Source: a virus
Length of the DNA stretch: 64,000 nt
IMG/VR virus record: IMGVR_UViG_3300018080_000142
Span: 29,680-93,679 of that record
Reading direction: 5' to 3' (one strand)
The notes below the pieces were generated by a model. The model was not told the DNA's origin and did not search any database. It saw nothing but the letters and a program-made list of their open reading frames with translations. Within the stretch, counting starts at the first letter, position 1. Each line of letters opens with the position of its first letter. Position numbers and translations under genes: made by a program. This document shows, one piece after another, positions 18,447 through 27,318 of the stretch.

Positions 18447-18780
18447 GTTTATCCTCAATTTTTAGATTTTTACGCAGATAGATCTCGTAACCGATGAAAT
18501 GTACATGATAGCGGCATTGCCTGATCACCTGCTCAACAACGCGGGTAATCATTGTATGCTCGCTTATCTCCCTGGCATACTGAACTGTCCTCATAAGCAT
18601 TCTATAAGTGTTCAGCAAATGGTTGTCATGAAATTCATGGATCGGTACAATCCTGTTGTCTCTGGTCACCCATTTATATTCTTCGAAACCGGAAGGTTTC
18701 TCCATACAGAAGTTCGGCAACTTAATGTTTTCGAAAATATTACTGACATTGAAATCACTGACTTTATTGGTTGCTTTCAT
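18421..18780 (-). CDS. Conserved phage hypothetical protein
   Basis: WVTRDNRIVPIHEFHDNHLLNTYRML motif. Confidence 0.55.
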   Translation of the reverse strand: MKATNKVSDFNVSNIFENIKLPNFCMEKPSGFEEYKWVTRDNRIVPIHEFHDNHLLNTYRMLMRTVQYAREISEHTMITRVVEQVIRQCRYHVHFIGYEIYLRKNLKIEDKHDRAITSG

Positions 18781-19871
18781 AATTTTGCCTTGTTTATTAT
18801 GGTTACAAGAAAGTCAATAACTGCTAGACCATTCGCCCTGCTATGTATAATTTCAACAGCAGAACCGGTTGGAGTATGTAGAATAACAGACATCTCGCCA
18901 TCGCCTTTATAATGAACAGTAAATGCATATTCCCTGCCATCAACTTTCAGAGAATATGTCTCTGTAAAAACAGACGACACGGTTTTAAGCTTGAATTTAA
19001 GTTTCAGCATTTTGGCTTGCTTGAGTAAGTTATCTGCAGCTTCCTCGATTACATCATCAAGTTTTTCAAGGGTATCTCCGTACTTATCTTTGGCCTCGTC
19101 ATAGATATTATCGATATCTTCCCGTAGATTCTTTTCAGCTCGTTCCATAGTTTCTTCTTCTTTTGTCGATTCGACTTTTTCGGGTTTAATATCCTCTGCA
19201 TTAACAGCACCATCAAGAATTTCAAGCTCACTCTCATCTGGTTCTGGCTCATCATCTGAATCCGGGATTTCATGGTCTGCATCAGCAGGATCTGCACCAG
19301 CAAGATCTACATCAGCAGGAATGGTTTCTTCTGAGGAATTTTCAGTCGGATCCTCCAAAACTTCTTCAACATTCTCGGCAGGTTTTTCAGCAGGTGTCTG
19401 TTCAACAGCATCCCTTAGTGTAGTTGTATGGCAGGGATCAGGTTCAGGTACGGGTGGATCCTCTGGAAGCTCAAGCTTTTTCTGAATAGCCTTGGGTGGA
19501 TCCAGTTTCTTACTCTCGAGCCCAGGTTTTTTCTTCCTACCACGCTTGGCCTGGCTTTCAACCTTTTTCTCAAAATCCTTAATCCTGCGCTCCCAACCCT
19601 GACGCAATGACTCATAGCGTTTCGGAGTCATGTCAGTAAAGATATTGTCGGTTTCGATACGCAGAATTGTCAGCAAAAGTTCCAAATGTACACGCGGGAT
19701 CTTTGTGGCTATGTAAACCGGATTCCTGGCCGCAGAGACATAGTTCGGTATGATACCTGCTTCACCAGCTATCACACCCGGTCTTTTACCTGACTTGGTG
19801 ATTTCTTCATCGATGATACCTGAAAGTATACCAAGCTGTTCATCATTCAGCTTATGGACAATTTCATTCAT
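18777..19871 (-). CDS. Protein with HTH-like N-terminus and long acidic/Pro-rich disordered linker
   Basis: 364 aa; D/E/P-rich centre. Confidence 0.6.
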   Translation of the reverse strand: MNEIVHKLNDEQLGILSGIIDEEITKSGKRPGVIAGEAGIIPNYVSAARNPVYIATKIPRVHLELLLTILRIETDNIFTDMTPKRYESLRQGWERRIKDFEKKVESQAKRGRKKKPGLESKKLDPPKAIQKKLELPEDPPVPEPDPCHTTTLRDAVEQTPAEKPAENVEEVLEDPTENSSEETIPADVDLAGADPADADHEIPDSDDEPEPDESELEILDGAVNAEDIKPEKVESTKEEETMERAEKNLREDIDNIYDEAKDKYGDTLEKLDDVIEEAADNLLKQAKMLKLKFKLKTVSSVFTETYSLKVDGREYAFTVHYKGDGEMSVILHTPTGSAVEIIHSRANGLAVIDFLVTIINKAKL

Positions 19872-20097
19872 AATCTATATTTTTCAACAACAGGATTTCA
19901 CCGTTTGGGAATTCAATAGGTTGTGGAGCAATTGAGCATTCCCTGCGAATCTTTGATGTTATGCTGTCAGAATACTCCTGCCAGGCATCATAGATCTCGA
20001 TCTTACCATTGGCGTAACCAATAGTGTAAGAAATAATACATACCGCTATCAAAATAGCCGTTGAAATTGCTATGAGTAGAATCACCATCGTTCTCAT
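19864..20097 (-). CDS. Small membrane-anchored protein
   Basis: N-terminal hydrophobic helix. Confidence 0.5.
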   Translation of the reverse strand: MRTMVILLIAISTAILIAVCIISYTIGYANGKIEIYDAWQEYSDSITSKIRRECSIAPQPIEFPNGEILLLKNIDYE

Positions 20098-20300
20098 AAC
20101 TCAACAAGTCTTAAAGCGTCATACTTGTCAGCAATAGCAAGAACCTGGTTACCATTACCGACATAATGACCGGCCGGATAATGACCAACAACCTTCAGTC
20201 GTTCGTCAGCACCAATAGCATTGTTTATACCAAGCGACTTCATAGCCTGTTGTGACAACCTTACGTTGACAATCGCGTTAACCGGAATTTTGTTTTCCAT
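20094..20300 (-). CDS. Hypothetical protein
   Basis: 68 aa, ATGA-type overlap. Confidence 0.5.
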   Translation of the reverse strand: MENKIPVNAIVNVRLSQQAMKSLGINNAIGADERLKVVGHYPAGHYVGNGNQVLAIADKYDALRLVEL

Positions 20301-20336
20301 CTTTTCTGAGTTTTAAATGAATAAATAGTCTTTGCA

Positions 20337-20720
20337 TTAACGAGGTTCCTCCCAACGTCCGAAACTCCACACTTTTAATATCTTGGGCGGTTCACCACCA
20401 CCAACACGAAGTAGAAATTCACCATCAGATGCAACAGTATCAAGAGCCTCAGACATGGTATCAAAAGGACCATTCGTCATACCAAACCAATCCTTGAACT
20501 TAACACCTATGGCAAATGCAATTCTACCTCTACTATCCTGAGTTTCATCCCAAAATGCTTTAGGTGCATTTTGAAGATTTATGGCTTCATTTTCGAGTTC
20601 AAGCTTGTCAAACTCTGCAGCCAGGAGAAGAATACATTTCTCAATATTACTGTTCACACCAGTATATGAATAATCACCTGTAGTCAGGATCTTTTTAATC
20701 TTTGGAAGTATTGCCATCAT
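20337..20720 (-). CDS. Hypothetical protein
   Basis: 127 aa. Confidence 0.55.
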   Translation of the reverse strand: MMAILPKIKKILTTGDYSYTGVNSNIEKCILLLAAEFDKLELENEAINLQNAPKAFWDETQDSRGRIAFAIGVKFKDWFGMTNGPFDTMSEALDTVASDGEFLLRVGGGEPPKILKVWSFGRWEEPR

Positions 20721-20771
20721 TACCAGGTTTTAAATGAATAAAAGAGAATTTGAAGGGAAAATAATTGCTTG

Positions 20772-21326
20772 CTACCGACCATCACCAAGCTGCAAATTAC
20801 CCGCCTTACGAACATAGTCATTAACCACCCTGATCCGATCACCGTTGAAAATATACAACGGATTGATGAAAAATAACCACTGATACTTCGTCCGGGCAAT
20901 GATCTCCGCATCCAGCAACTCAGCCAACGCACGGTAAATCGTTGCTCGAGAATACTCAGTCTTAACCTCACATTCATCTATGTCAAACAATATCTGTAAC
21001 TCATCCTTACCCAACATCGGAGCAATATAAACCATCAACACATTAATAGCCTTGTCACTCACATTAACAGTCTCCTTGATAGAATCATGAAATACCTTCG
21101 TGAACTGATCATCATCAACAACCTTCCTGGTAGCTACAAATAACGACTCACCCTCAACAACATCACCAGTCTCCTTGTCAACCAACTGACCAGTCTGAGT
21201 AATAACCTTATTAATCTTACTCTTACCCTTCTCAGCAATATGTACCGCCAACATCTTCTCAAAAGGATTCTCAAGATAAACCTTGTGATCCCTCATAGGT
21301 GTTAATTCCTTCTTGTTCTTCCCCAT
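20772..21326 (-). CDS. RepL/RepA-like plasmid-type replication/maintenance protein (winged helix)
   Basis: VDKETGDV, VDDDQFTKVF, SRATIYRALAELLDAEIIAR, FFINPLYIFNGDR motifs. Confidence 0.75.
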   Translation of the reverse strand: MGKNKKELTPMRDHKVYLENPFEKMLAVHIAEKGKSKINKVITQTGQLVDKETGDVVEGESLFVATRKVVDDDQFTKVFHDSIKETVNVSDKAINVLMVYIAPMLGKDELQILFDIDECEVKTEYSRATIYRALAELLDAEIIARTKYQWLFFINPLYIFNGDRIRVVNDYVRKAGNLQLGDGR

Positions 21327-21340
21327 CCCAATATGTAGTT

Positions 21341-21481
21341 TATCTCACAAATTTATAAATATTGAGACAAATATTCTCAGAATCCTAGACAATCTGTCTC
21401 AAACTTATCAACAATTTGAGACGCAAAGTTGCACCAGTGAGAAACTGCGTATCGATCCTGAGAATGACCCCCCATGAGTAT
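21341..21481. repeat. Iteron-like array of TGAGA/TCTCA sites, including inverted pairs
   Basis: TCTCAcaa...ttGAGAca, GTCTCAAA...TTTGAGAC and further gTGAGAa, cTGAGAa, aTGAGta copies immediately upstream of the RepL-like gene. Confidence 0.6.
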
Positions 21482-21961
21482 CAGCAACTTAACCAGTTCC
21501 CCTTCTTATTCTTCAGGATCGCAGATCCAAAAATCTGCTCCTGAAAAAAAGATCCAATGCCATCATAAAAAAATCAACAGCTTTTCAACAACTGCCATCC
21601 ACCAAATCCGGCAACAGATACACTCATAACAACCATTCAATACACTTAAACAACCTATCACAAGACTTCAATACACTTGCATCCCTATACATCCCTTAAC
21701 AAAATTCACAAAATCCACCAACAAACCACACCACCACATATACCCCATATCCCCACAACCAACATTGAATTGCCTATGTCCAGGCACGTACAGAGTTGTA
21801 GGGGATGGAAAGATTTTGTAGGTTTGTAATGGCTTTTACAAGTTCATTCAGTTCATTCCCCATTACCCAGAGCTTTGTGGAAAGGATGGTAGGGTCATTG
21901 GTCCGATCACCTTCCACAAGGCTTTTGTAATTTTTTGTGGAAAGTATGGCGGGGCCTTTTC

Positions 21962-21990
21962 AAAAAAAAGCCAGGCTTTTTGCCTGGCTA
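21962..21990 (-). terminator. Intrinsic terminator
   Basis: Minus strand AGCCAGGC-aaaaa-GCCTGGCT followed by T run. Confidence 0.7.
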
Positions 21991-22077
21991 CAATGAGACT
22001 ATCGCTGGTTACAACTTAATGTGTCCCTCCACCAGCATCACAAACATCTCATCAATCATAACAATAACTTTCTTAAC

Positions 22078-22113
22078 AAAAAAAAGCCGTCAGGCTTTTA
22101 CACCCAACGGCTA
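22078..22113 (-). terminator. Intrinsic terminator after the SSB-like gene
   Basis: Minus strand AGCCGTTGGG...CCTGACGGCT followed by T run. Confidence 0.7.
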
Positions 22114-22122
22114 ATTTACTCA

Positions 22123-22722
22123 TCAATCCTCGAAGTCTGCTTCGGCAGGAACCTGAGCGATCTGACGAAAGCGTGACAGTCTCAGCTGGTCACGACCGTC
22201 ATATGGCTCATTGACAACGGTGACACGGAATGTCACCTGCTCATCGCGAGCCATATCCAGGCCTTCGATCAGGTTTGTCCCTTCCGGGATACCGAGCGCC
22301 ATTGCAAACTGGTTTGCAATATTGGCGCAGGTCTTCGTCTTTTCCTCATCAACTGCCCGAACCAGATCATCACCTTTCTTGGTACAAGCGTAGCCCTCTA
22401 CGTTCTCATACTTTCCAGACTTGATCTGTGCCTCGGAGAGTTCTTCGTACTTGACATAACCCTCGAAGTTCAGCCTGTGAGTCAGACCGCCTGACTTCCC
22501 TTCCTCGGCATTGAGAACAGTTATCGCTAACTGTGGACAAGCGTTGGACCATGCAGGAAGCTCAGCTTTCGGCTCATGGCTGTACTGAGTAAATGAATCC
22601 AAAATTTCATAGCGAGACAAGCGAACAATGTGTTCGCCCTCACTCAGCAGATTGAATTCAGGTCTGCTGGTTTCGAATGATTGAATAATGTCATTCATGG
22701 CATAAAAGTTTAAGTTAGACAT
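22123..22722 (-). CDS. Putative single-stranded DNA-binding protein (OB-fold-like)
   Basis: LLSEGEHIVRL N-terminus, beta-rich core, acidic tail AEADFED; true start may be the second Met. Confidence 0.5.
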   Translation of the reverse strand: MSNLNFYAMNDIIQSFETSRPEFNLLSEGEHIVRLSRYEILDSFTQYSHEPKAELPAWSNACPQLAITVLNAEEGKSGGLTHRLNFEGYVKYEELSEAQIKSGKYENVEGYACTKKGDDLVRAVDEEKTKTCANIANQFAMALGIPEGTNLIEGLDMARDEQVTFRVTVVNEPYDGRDQLRLSRFRQIAQVPAEADFED

Positions 22723-22807
22723 CTACCGGACATGACCATGCCAAGATCATTATCCGGCGTTAACAGGAAAATAAATAACTTTTGTTGTTAAAAATAACAG
22801 CACTCGA

Positions 22808-23017
22808 CTACTCGAGTACTGTTATTAATCTCATTCCTTCTTGCCTGTCTTTCTTCCAAACAGCTTTCGAATTATTAAGACAAGCAAGGATGATAGCAAC
22901 CTGGTCTGTTATACCAAGCCTCTCCTTAGCACGTTTGTACCCATGCTTTGTGAGCCTATAATTGATACCATCCACTGTCATGACCATCCAAGTATGTGTT
23001 GATGCAACATAGCACAT
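22808..23017 (-). CDS. Hypothetical protein
   Basis: LTKHGYKRAKERLG motif; start uncertain. Confidence 0.45.
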   Translation of the reverse strand: MCYVASTHTWMVMTVDGINYRLTKHGYKRAKERLGITDQVAIILACLNNSKAVWKKDRQEGMRLITVLE

Positions 23018-23178
23018 AGCTGTCTACCATGATGTGTCTTACATATGTCCTTGTCACCCATGCGTAGCTCATTTAAAATGATCTTCACATTGACCACGTC
23101 ATTGACAGCCTGCACACTCATGTGTGCATCAAACTGATTGCTGATAATCTTTTCCATCATCATTGAGTATTGGTTCAT
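22978..23178 (-). CDS. Hypothetical protein
   Basis: First ORF of the leftward arm, AT-rich leader. Confidence 0.4.
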   Translation of the reverse strand: MNQYSMMMEKIISNQFDAHMSVQAVNDVVNVKIILNELRMGDKDICKTHHGRQLCAMLHQHILGWS

Positions 23179-23310
23179 AATAAAAAATAACTTTTTTCTT
23201 TTTGGGCCCCATTATCATATATATCAATGCCCCCCTACCCCAATTCCATTCTCGTTTTTGGAAATCCGGGCATATTACCTCGTCCACACATATTCACTAT
23301 GTTGATAAGT

Positions 23311-23356
23311 TGATATCACTTTTGGGGGGTATAGCAAAAGTGATATCATATCTTTG
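23311..23356 (+). promoter_or_regulatory. 14-bp inverted-repeat operator adjoining a TAnnTTTG promoter
   Basis: TGATATCACTTTTG (23311-23324), N10, CAAAAGTGATATCA (23335-23348); TATCTTTG at 23349-23356; ATG at 23361. Confidence 0.7.
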
Positions 23357-23360
23357 TAAG

Positions 23361-23609
23361 ATGAGTACGAAGAAGGTCAGTTTAGGTGGGGTCAGGATAA
23401 GTCCTGACATATATGAGAAGTTAAAGGAGAGGCACAGGAAGGTAGCGAGGGTTCGGTTGCGTACTGGTAACAAGATTACATTTTCGAGTTGGGTTGAGGA
23501 ATTGTTTGGGGCTTATTTGCGAGGTCAGGATTCGAGGGATGCGTTATTTAAGAATGCTGGTCAGTTACGTGGGAAGGAATTGGATGATATTATTAAATTT
23601 GAAGATTAA
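23361..23609 (+). CDS. Ribbon-helix-helix-like regulator, probably leaderless
   Basis: MSTKKVSLGGVRISPDIYEKLKERH...TFSSWVEELF strand-helix-helix pattern. Confidence 0.55.
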   Translation: MSTKKVSLGGVRISPDIYEKLKERHRKVARVRLRTGNKITFSSWVEELFGAYLRGQDSRDALFKNAGQLRGKELDDIIKFED

Positions 23610-23655
23610 CTGAATAAAAGTTATCATCTTATTTAATCTATAATAAGGTGTAAAA

Positions 23656-23811
23656 ATGGAAGATAACTCAAAAGATAGAGAAATTTTCTTTGATCCCAGT
23701 TTAACTATGGGAGAGCGAATTATGAATCATAAGTTTGCCAGGATGGATATTTGGGAGTTTTTGGGTTGGCGTCCTGGGAAGAAACCTAAGAAGAAAAAAA
23801 AGGATAAATAA
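23656..23811 (+). CDS. Small basic protein (51 aa)
   Basis: Manual translation MEDNSKDREIFFDPSLTMGERIMNHKF...GKKPKKKKKDK; TAATG overlap. Confidence 0.5.
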   Translation: MEDNSKDREIFFDPSLTMGERIMNHKFARMDIWEFLGWRPGKKPKKKKKDK

Positions 23812-24143
23812 TGGTTACAGGTCGGGAATACAGGACAATTATGGCGCGTGGGTATATGTTCAGCAAGCGTGAGATGCACAAGTATCGTATCCGGGCTGTT
23901 TACAATGCTGTAGGTGATATTGCGGTGATGGGTGATGCATATGTAAATGATTTTGCCAGGAGGTGTACTCGGGTTGAGAATGGTGAGGTAGGTGTTATTG
24001 AGATGAATATGCGTGGTGATGGTTTGACCAAGGTTGTGAGTGTTATTGTTTTTGGTGATTTGGCAAGTTGGCATATGTTTGCGTTGCGGAACATGGATAT
24101 ATATGGTGGTAACAAGAAGGATCTGGCGAGTTTGTTAAACTGA
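23811..24143 (+). CDS. Hypothetical protein
   Basis: 110 aa. Confidence 0.55.
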   Translation: MVTGREYRTIMARGYMFSKREMHKYRIRAVYNAVGDIAVMGDAYVNDFARRCTRVENGEVGVIEMNMRGDGLTKVVSVIVFGDLASWHMFALRNMDIYGGNKKDLASLLN

Positions 24144-24166
24144 CAAGTTTATTAAATTGATATATT

Positions 24167-24526
24167 ATGTGGATAAGTGGATCTGAACACGACAAGGCGT
24201 TGGATAATAATTTGTATCCGATTACTAAGAGGTTTCAAGATGAGGCTAACCGGATGAAGGCTGTAGGTATTGAACCGGCGCTTGTGATGTGTGATCCTGA
24301 GCATTTTTACATGCTGAAGAAAGAATTGTACCAGTTTACGAGCGCTAGTGTTGTTTCCCGGCGGATGGGTGTTCCCAGGCAGAGTTTTTACCTGCTTGTG
24401 ATATTTGGGATTTCCTTACTTGTTCATGAGATGGCTGAGTACCGTGGTATAGATATTTTCGGTCGCATTCCGGATAAGGATTTTGACGGGAAGTTACCAA
24501 CCAGAATTAAGGAACATGAGTTATAA
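24167..24526 (+). CDS. Hypothetical protein
   Basis: 119 aa. Confidence 0.55.
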   Translation: MWISGSEHDKALDNNLYPITKRFQDEANRMKAVGIEPALVMCDPEHFYMLKKELYQFTSASVVSRRMGVPRQSFYLLVIFGISLLVHEMAEYRGIDIFGRIPDKDFDGKLPTRIKEHEL

Positions 24527-24719
24527 GAAAGAGAGGATAGGTTACAAGACCCGGCGTGAGATTGAGATTGAGAGGGTGATAAATTACCTGAGATTAAAGA
24601 ATCTGAATCCGCTCGAGGCGCTTGAATTCATCTGCAGTTTACCTGATTTGTTTGATGTTTCTGCTCCGGTTCAGGAAGGAGATAAGTTTATTTATACTGT
24701 AACAGTAAAGAAGTCATGA
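24516..24719 (+). CDS. Hypothetical protein
   Basis: Start moved to MSYKKER. Confidence 0.5.
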   Translation: MSYKKERIGYKTRREIEIERVINYLRLKNLNPLEALEFICSLPDLFDVSAPVQEGDKFIYTVTVKKS

Positions 24720-25102
24720 AATACAAGGTTGGTGACAGGGTAGAGATAGTTGGATATAGTGCAGCCTTCTGGTGCTATGAAGGGAAGAAACGGGGTCGGT
24801 CGAGTGGTTTTGTAATGCATGATATGGAGCCGAAGCTTGTTGGTAAGAAGGCTACAATTATTGATTGTACTGAACCGCAACCGGGACATGAAAGTTACGC
24901 TTTGGATATTGACGGTTACGGTTACAGGGCATGGTTTGGTTTGAAACAATTAAAGAAACTGTCTATGGCAGGTTTAGTTAGACTAGCTCTTAAGAGGTTC
25001 TTCCGGACGATGGCAGACCGTCTGGAAGACCTTTTGGGAGTGATCATTATTGTACGAGGTCATAAGATGTTTGTTAAAACTGAAAAGTCCAGCAAGAGAT
25101 GA
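24716..25102 (+). CDS. SH3/KOW-like hypothetical protein
   Basis: MKYKVGDRVEIV N-terminus. Confidence 0.55.
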   Translation: MKYKVGDRVEIVGYSAAFWCYEGKKRGRSSGFVMHDMEPKLVGKKATIIDCTEPQPGHESYALDIDGYGYRAWFGLKQLKKLSMAGLVRLALKRFFRTMADRLEDLLGVIIIVRGHKMFVKTEKSSKR

Positions 25103-25287
25103 AAGCAATAATTGTATTATCGATCATTCTGCTGGTAGCAATTGTGATCATCTTTATACTGGTGAGGGAACTTATACAGATGACCAAAAGGATTGATAAG
25201 ATAACTGATATTGCTCAGAATGCAATCAAGAGGTATTATGATGAACTTGACAAAAAACTTGAGGAAAATAGAAAAAAACCTGTTTAA
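25099..25287 (+). CDS. Small membrane-anchored coiled-coil protein
   Basis: N-terminal TM helix. Confidence 0.5.
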   Translation: MKAIIVLSIILLVAIVIIFILVRELIQMTKRIDKITDIAQNAIKRYYDELDKKLEENRKKPV

Positions 25288-25561
25288 GAAGCTACCGCCG
25301 TCAGTGACCAGATCATACTGGTGGAGGGAACAGACTCCGTGGTGGTACAAATTGATATACCGGTTCCTTCCGGGGCTTTATGTGAGGATTGAGATGTGGA
25401 GGATCTGTAGAAGCAGAAAATATTTTACAAGGAAATACCTGAGCGGCATGTGCGGAGATATTGATGGAGCCAAAAGGCATATTATTAAAGATAGGGAAGC
25501 TGGCAAGAATGACTTTGAAAATATGTCCTACGAATTTAAAATAATTGATTTCAGTAGATAA
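25238..25561 (+). CDS. Hypothetical protein
   Basis: About 107 aa; start uncertain. Confidence 0.4.
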   Translation: MMNLTKNLRKIEKNLFKKLPPSVTRSYWWREQTPWWYKLIYRFLPGLYVRIEMWRICRSRKYFTRKYLSGMCGDIDGAKRHIIKDREAGKNDFENMSYEFKIIDFSR

Positions 25562-25584
25562 TTTTATACTTAATACTTATTATT

Positions 25585-26070
25585 ATGAAGAATCCACAGA
25601 GAGTTATTCAGTACATCGGCACGAAGATTATCGCTGCCATTCCAATGAACCGGGGGGAATACAACAAGTATCGCGGTTGGCAAATGCCGGAAGGTGAGGA
25701 TCCTGATGATGCAGGTTATCATGTGATGTATCTTGACGGTTACGAGTCCTGGTCACCAGCCGGGGTTTTTGAGGAAGCGTACCGGCCGACAAGCAATATG
25801 AACTTCGGTCTTGCCATCGAAGCCATGAAAAAGGGTAAGAAGGTTGCCCGGCATGGTTGGAACGGCGTGGATATGTTTTTGTTCCTTGTAACCTATAAGG
25901 AAGGAACTGTCCAGTTATTGCCAGGAACCTCACCAAAACCAGGTACTGCTGTAAAGACGGCTCCGTTACTGCCTCACATTAACATGAAAACAGCTGATGG
26001 GAGTGTTGCAGTAGGTTGGCTTGCTTCTCAGACTGACATGCTTAGTGATGACTGGTTTATAGTTGAGTGA
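25585..26070 (+). CDS. tad2: DUF2829/Tad2-family anti-defence sponge with extra N-terminal YIGTK domain
   Basis: MNFGLAIEAMKKGKKVARHGWNG...GWLASQTDMLSDDW; N-terminal YIGTK...GY.V.Y.DGYESWSP..VFEEAY. Confidence 0.75.
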   Translation: MKNPQRVIQYIGTKIIAAIPMNRGEYNKYRGWQMPEGEDPDDAGYHVMYLDGYESWSPAGVFEEAYRPTSNMNFGLAIEAMKKGKKVARHGWNGVDMFLFLVTYKEGTVQLLPGTSPKPGTAVKTAPLLPHINMKTADGSVAVGWLASQTDMLSDDWFIVE

Positions 26071-26738
26071 TGGAAAAAGAAAAAAAGCCAACATATAAAG
26101 ATCTCTACCTTGAGGCATGGGATGCTTTCGAAAAATACTGGGAGGATGCGGGCATACCATGTTCAGTCAGTTGGGAATTAAATCGACCGGATAGCGGTTC
26201 ATTACTGAAAGTTTATGTAAGAATACGGATAAGCATCAACCAGTATGGACCACGACTTCTGGTCCATAGTATTCAGATAATTGATCCGCTAAAAGAGGAT
26301 ATCTGGCTTATTGCCTTGAGAGCAATGTTGAAGGCCGGTGCTTCAAAGATCTATGAATCCATCGTACTCATGCACCGGGAAGGAGACAGCGTAATTTCCG
26401 ATAGGGTATACGATAAATATCCTCTAACTCCTGATGAATGTTTTGAGAAGGAAGAACGACCGGAATTGACTGAAAGTGAAAAACCAGTTCTTCTTGAATT
26501 CTTCTCCGGTGATAAATCACTTGGCAGATATCCATGTCCTAGCAGATCATCCCATGAGGAAAGAATTCATATAGCAAATCTGCATAATGTCGGTCATTTC
26601 GACAGTTACACTTTGGACGGTGATCGGGTTAAAGTATGGAAAGTTGATAATTTGTATGTGGATGCTGAAGGCAATGTATGGAAACACAAGACGAAAAATG
26701 GAAGAAAAGGGAAAAAGGCTAAGGGATCTGGCAAGTGA
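26067..26738 (+). CDS. Hypothetical protein
   Basis: 223 aa. Confidence 0.55.
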   Translation: MMEKEKKPTYKDLYLEAWDAFEKYWEDAGIPCSVSWELNRPDSGSLLKVYVRIRISINQYGPRLLVHSIQIIDPLKEDIWLIALRAMLKAGASKIYESIVLMHREGDSVISDRVYDKYPLTPDECFEKEERPELTESEKPVLLEFFSGDKSLGRYPCPSRSSHEERIHIANLHNVGHFDSYTLDGDRVKVWKVDNLYVDAEGNVWKHKTKNGRKGKKAKGSGK

Positions 26739-27048
26739 ACCGAAACCGGAGTTCGCTTATTCCAAGGGTGATCTGGTCAAGTACAACGGACAGTCCTATG
26801 TCGTTTACTCACAGTTCAGGAAGGTCAGGGTCGGTCTGGGCAACTGGGAATGCGAATACCAGCTCTGCCAGCTTAATAAGGAAGGAAAACCTGACAGGCG
26901 TATTTGGGGAGCAGGATGGAGCAGGAAAAGAATAAGAGTTGTCGAGAGTCAGCTGGAACTGATAAAAGAGAAATACTACCTTGAGGAGAACCTGGGTTAT
27001 CCCAGTGATGATCTACAGAAATTTCTTCCTAGAGAAAAATTTTTGTAA
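26698..27048 (+). CDS. Hypothetical protein (SH3-like)
   Basis: Start moved to MEEKGKR; YSKGDLVKY motif. Confidence 0.5.
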   Translation: MEEKGKRLRDLASEPKPEFAYSKGDLVKYNGQSYVVYSQFRKVRVGLGNWECEYQLCQLNKEGKPDRRIWGAGWSRKRIRVVESQLELIKEKYYLEENLGYPSDDLQKFLPREKFL

Positions 27049-27092
27049 ATTAGCCGTGTTGATCAACAATTTATAAATTAAAACTAGATGTC

Positions 27093-27314
27093 ATGACACC
27101 AGAACCAGCAGGAAATGCACCAAAGGCAGTGCCGGTAACCGAATCTCCGGAATATCAGGCTCTACTGCAGAAGAACAAGAAGCAATCGGAAACGATTGAA
27201 AAACTTCAGCAGAAGATCGAAAATCTCAAGAACAACCAGCAAGGACTTTACACGCAGATAAAGAACTTGAAGGAGAAAGCTGGCAAACCAGCACATCCGC
27301 ACATCCAGCATTGA
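27093..27314 (+). CDS. Small coiled-coil protein
   Basis: Heptad pattern; followed by a terminator. Confidence 0.6.
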   Translation: MTPEPAGNAPKAVPVTESPEYQALLQKNKKQSETIEKLQQKIENLKNNQQGLYTQIKNLKEKAGKPAHPHIQH

Positions 27315-27318
27315 TTTC

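Noticed and set aside
23202-23360. N-terminal extension of the RHH-like ORF from TTG 23202
   Set aside because: It spans the promoter and operator; ATG 23361 is the more plausible start
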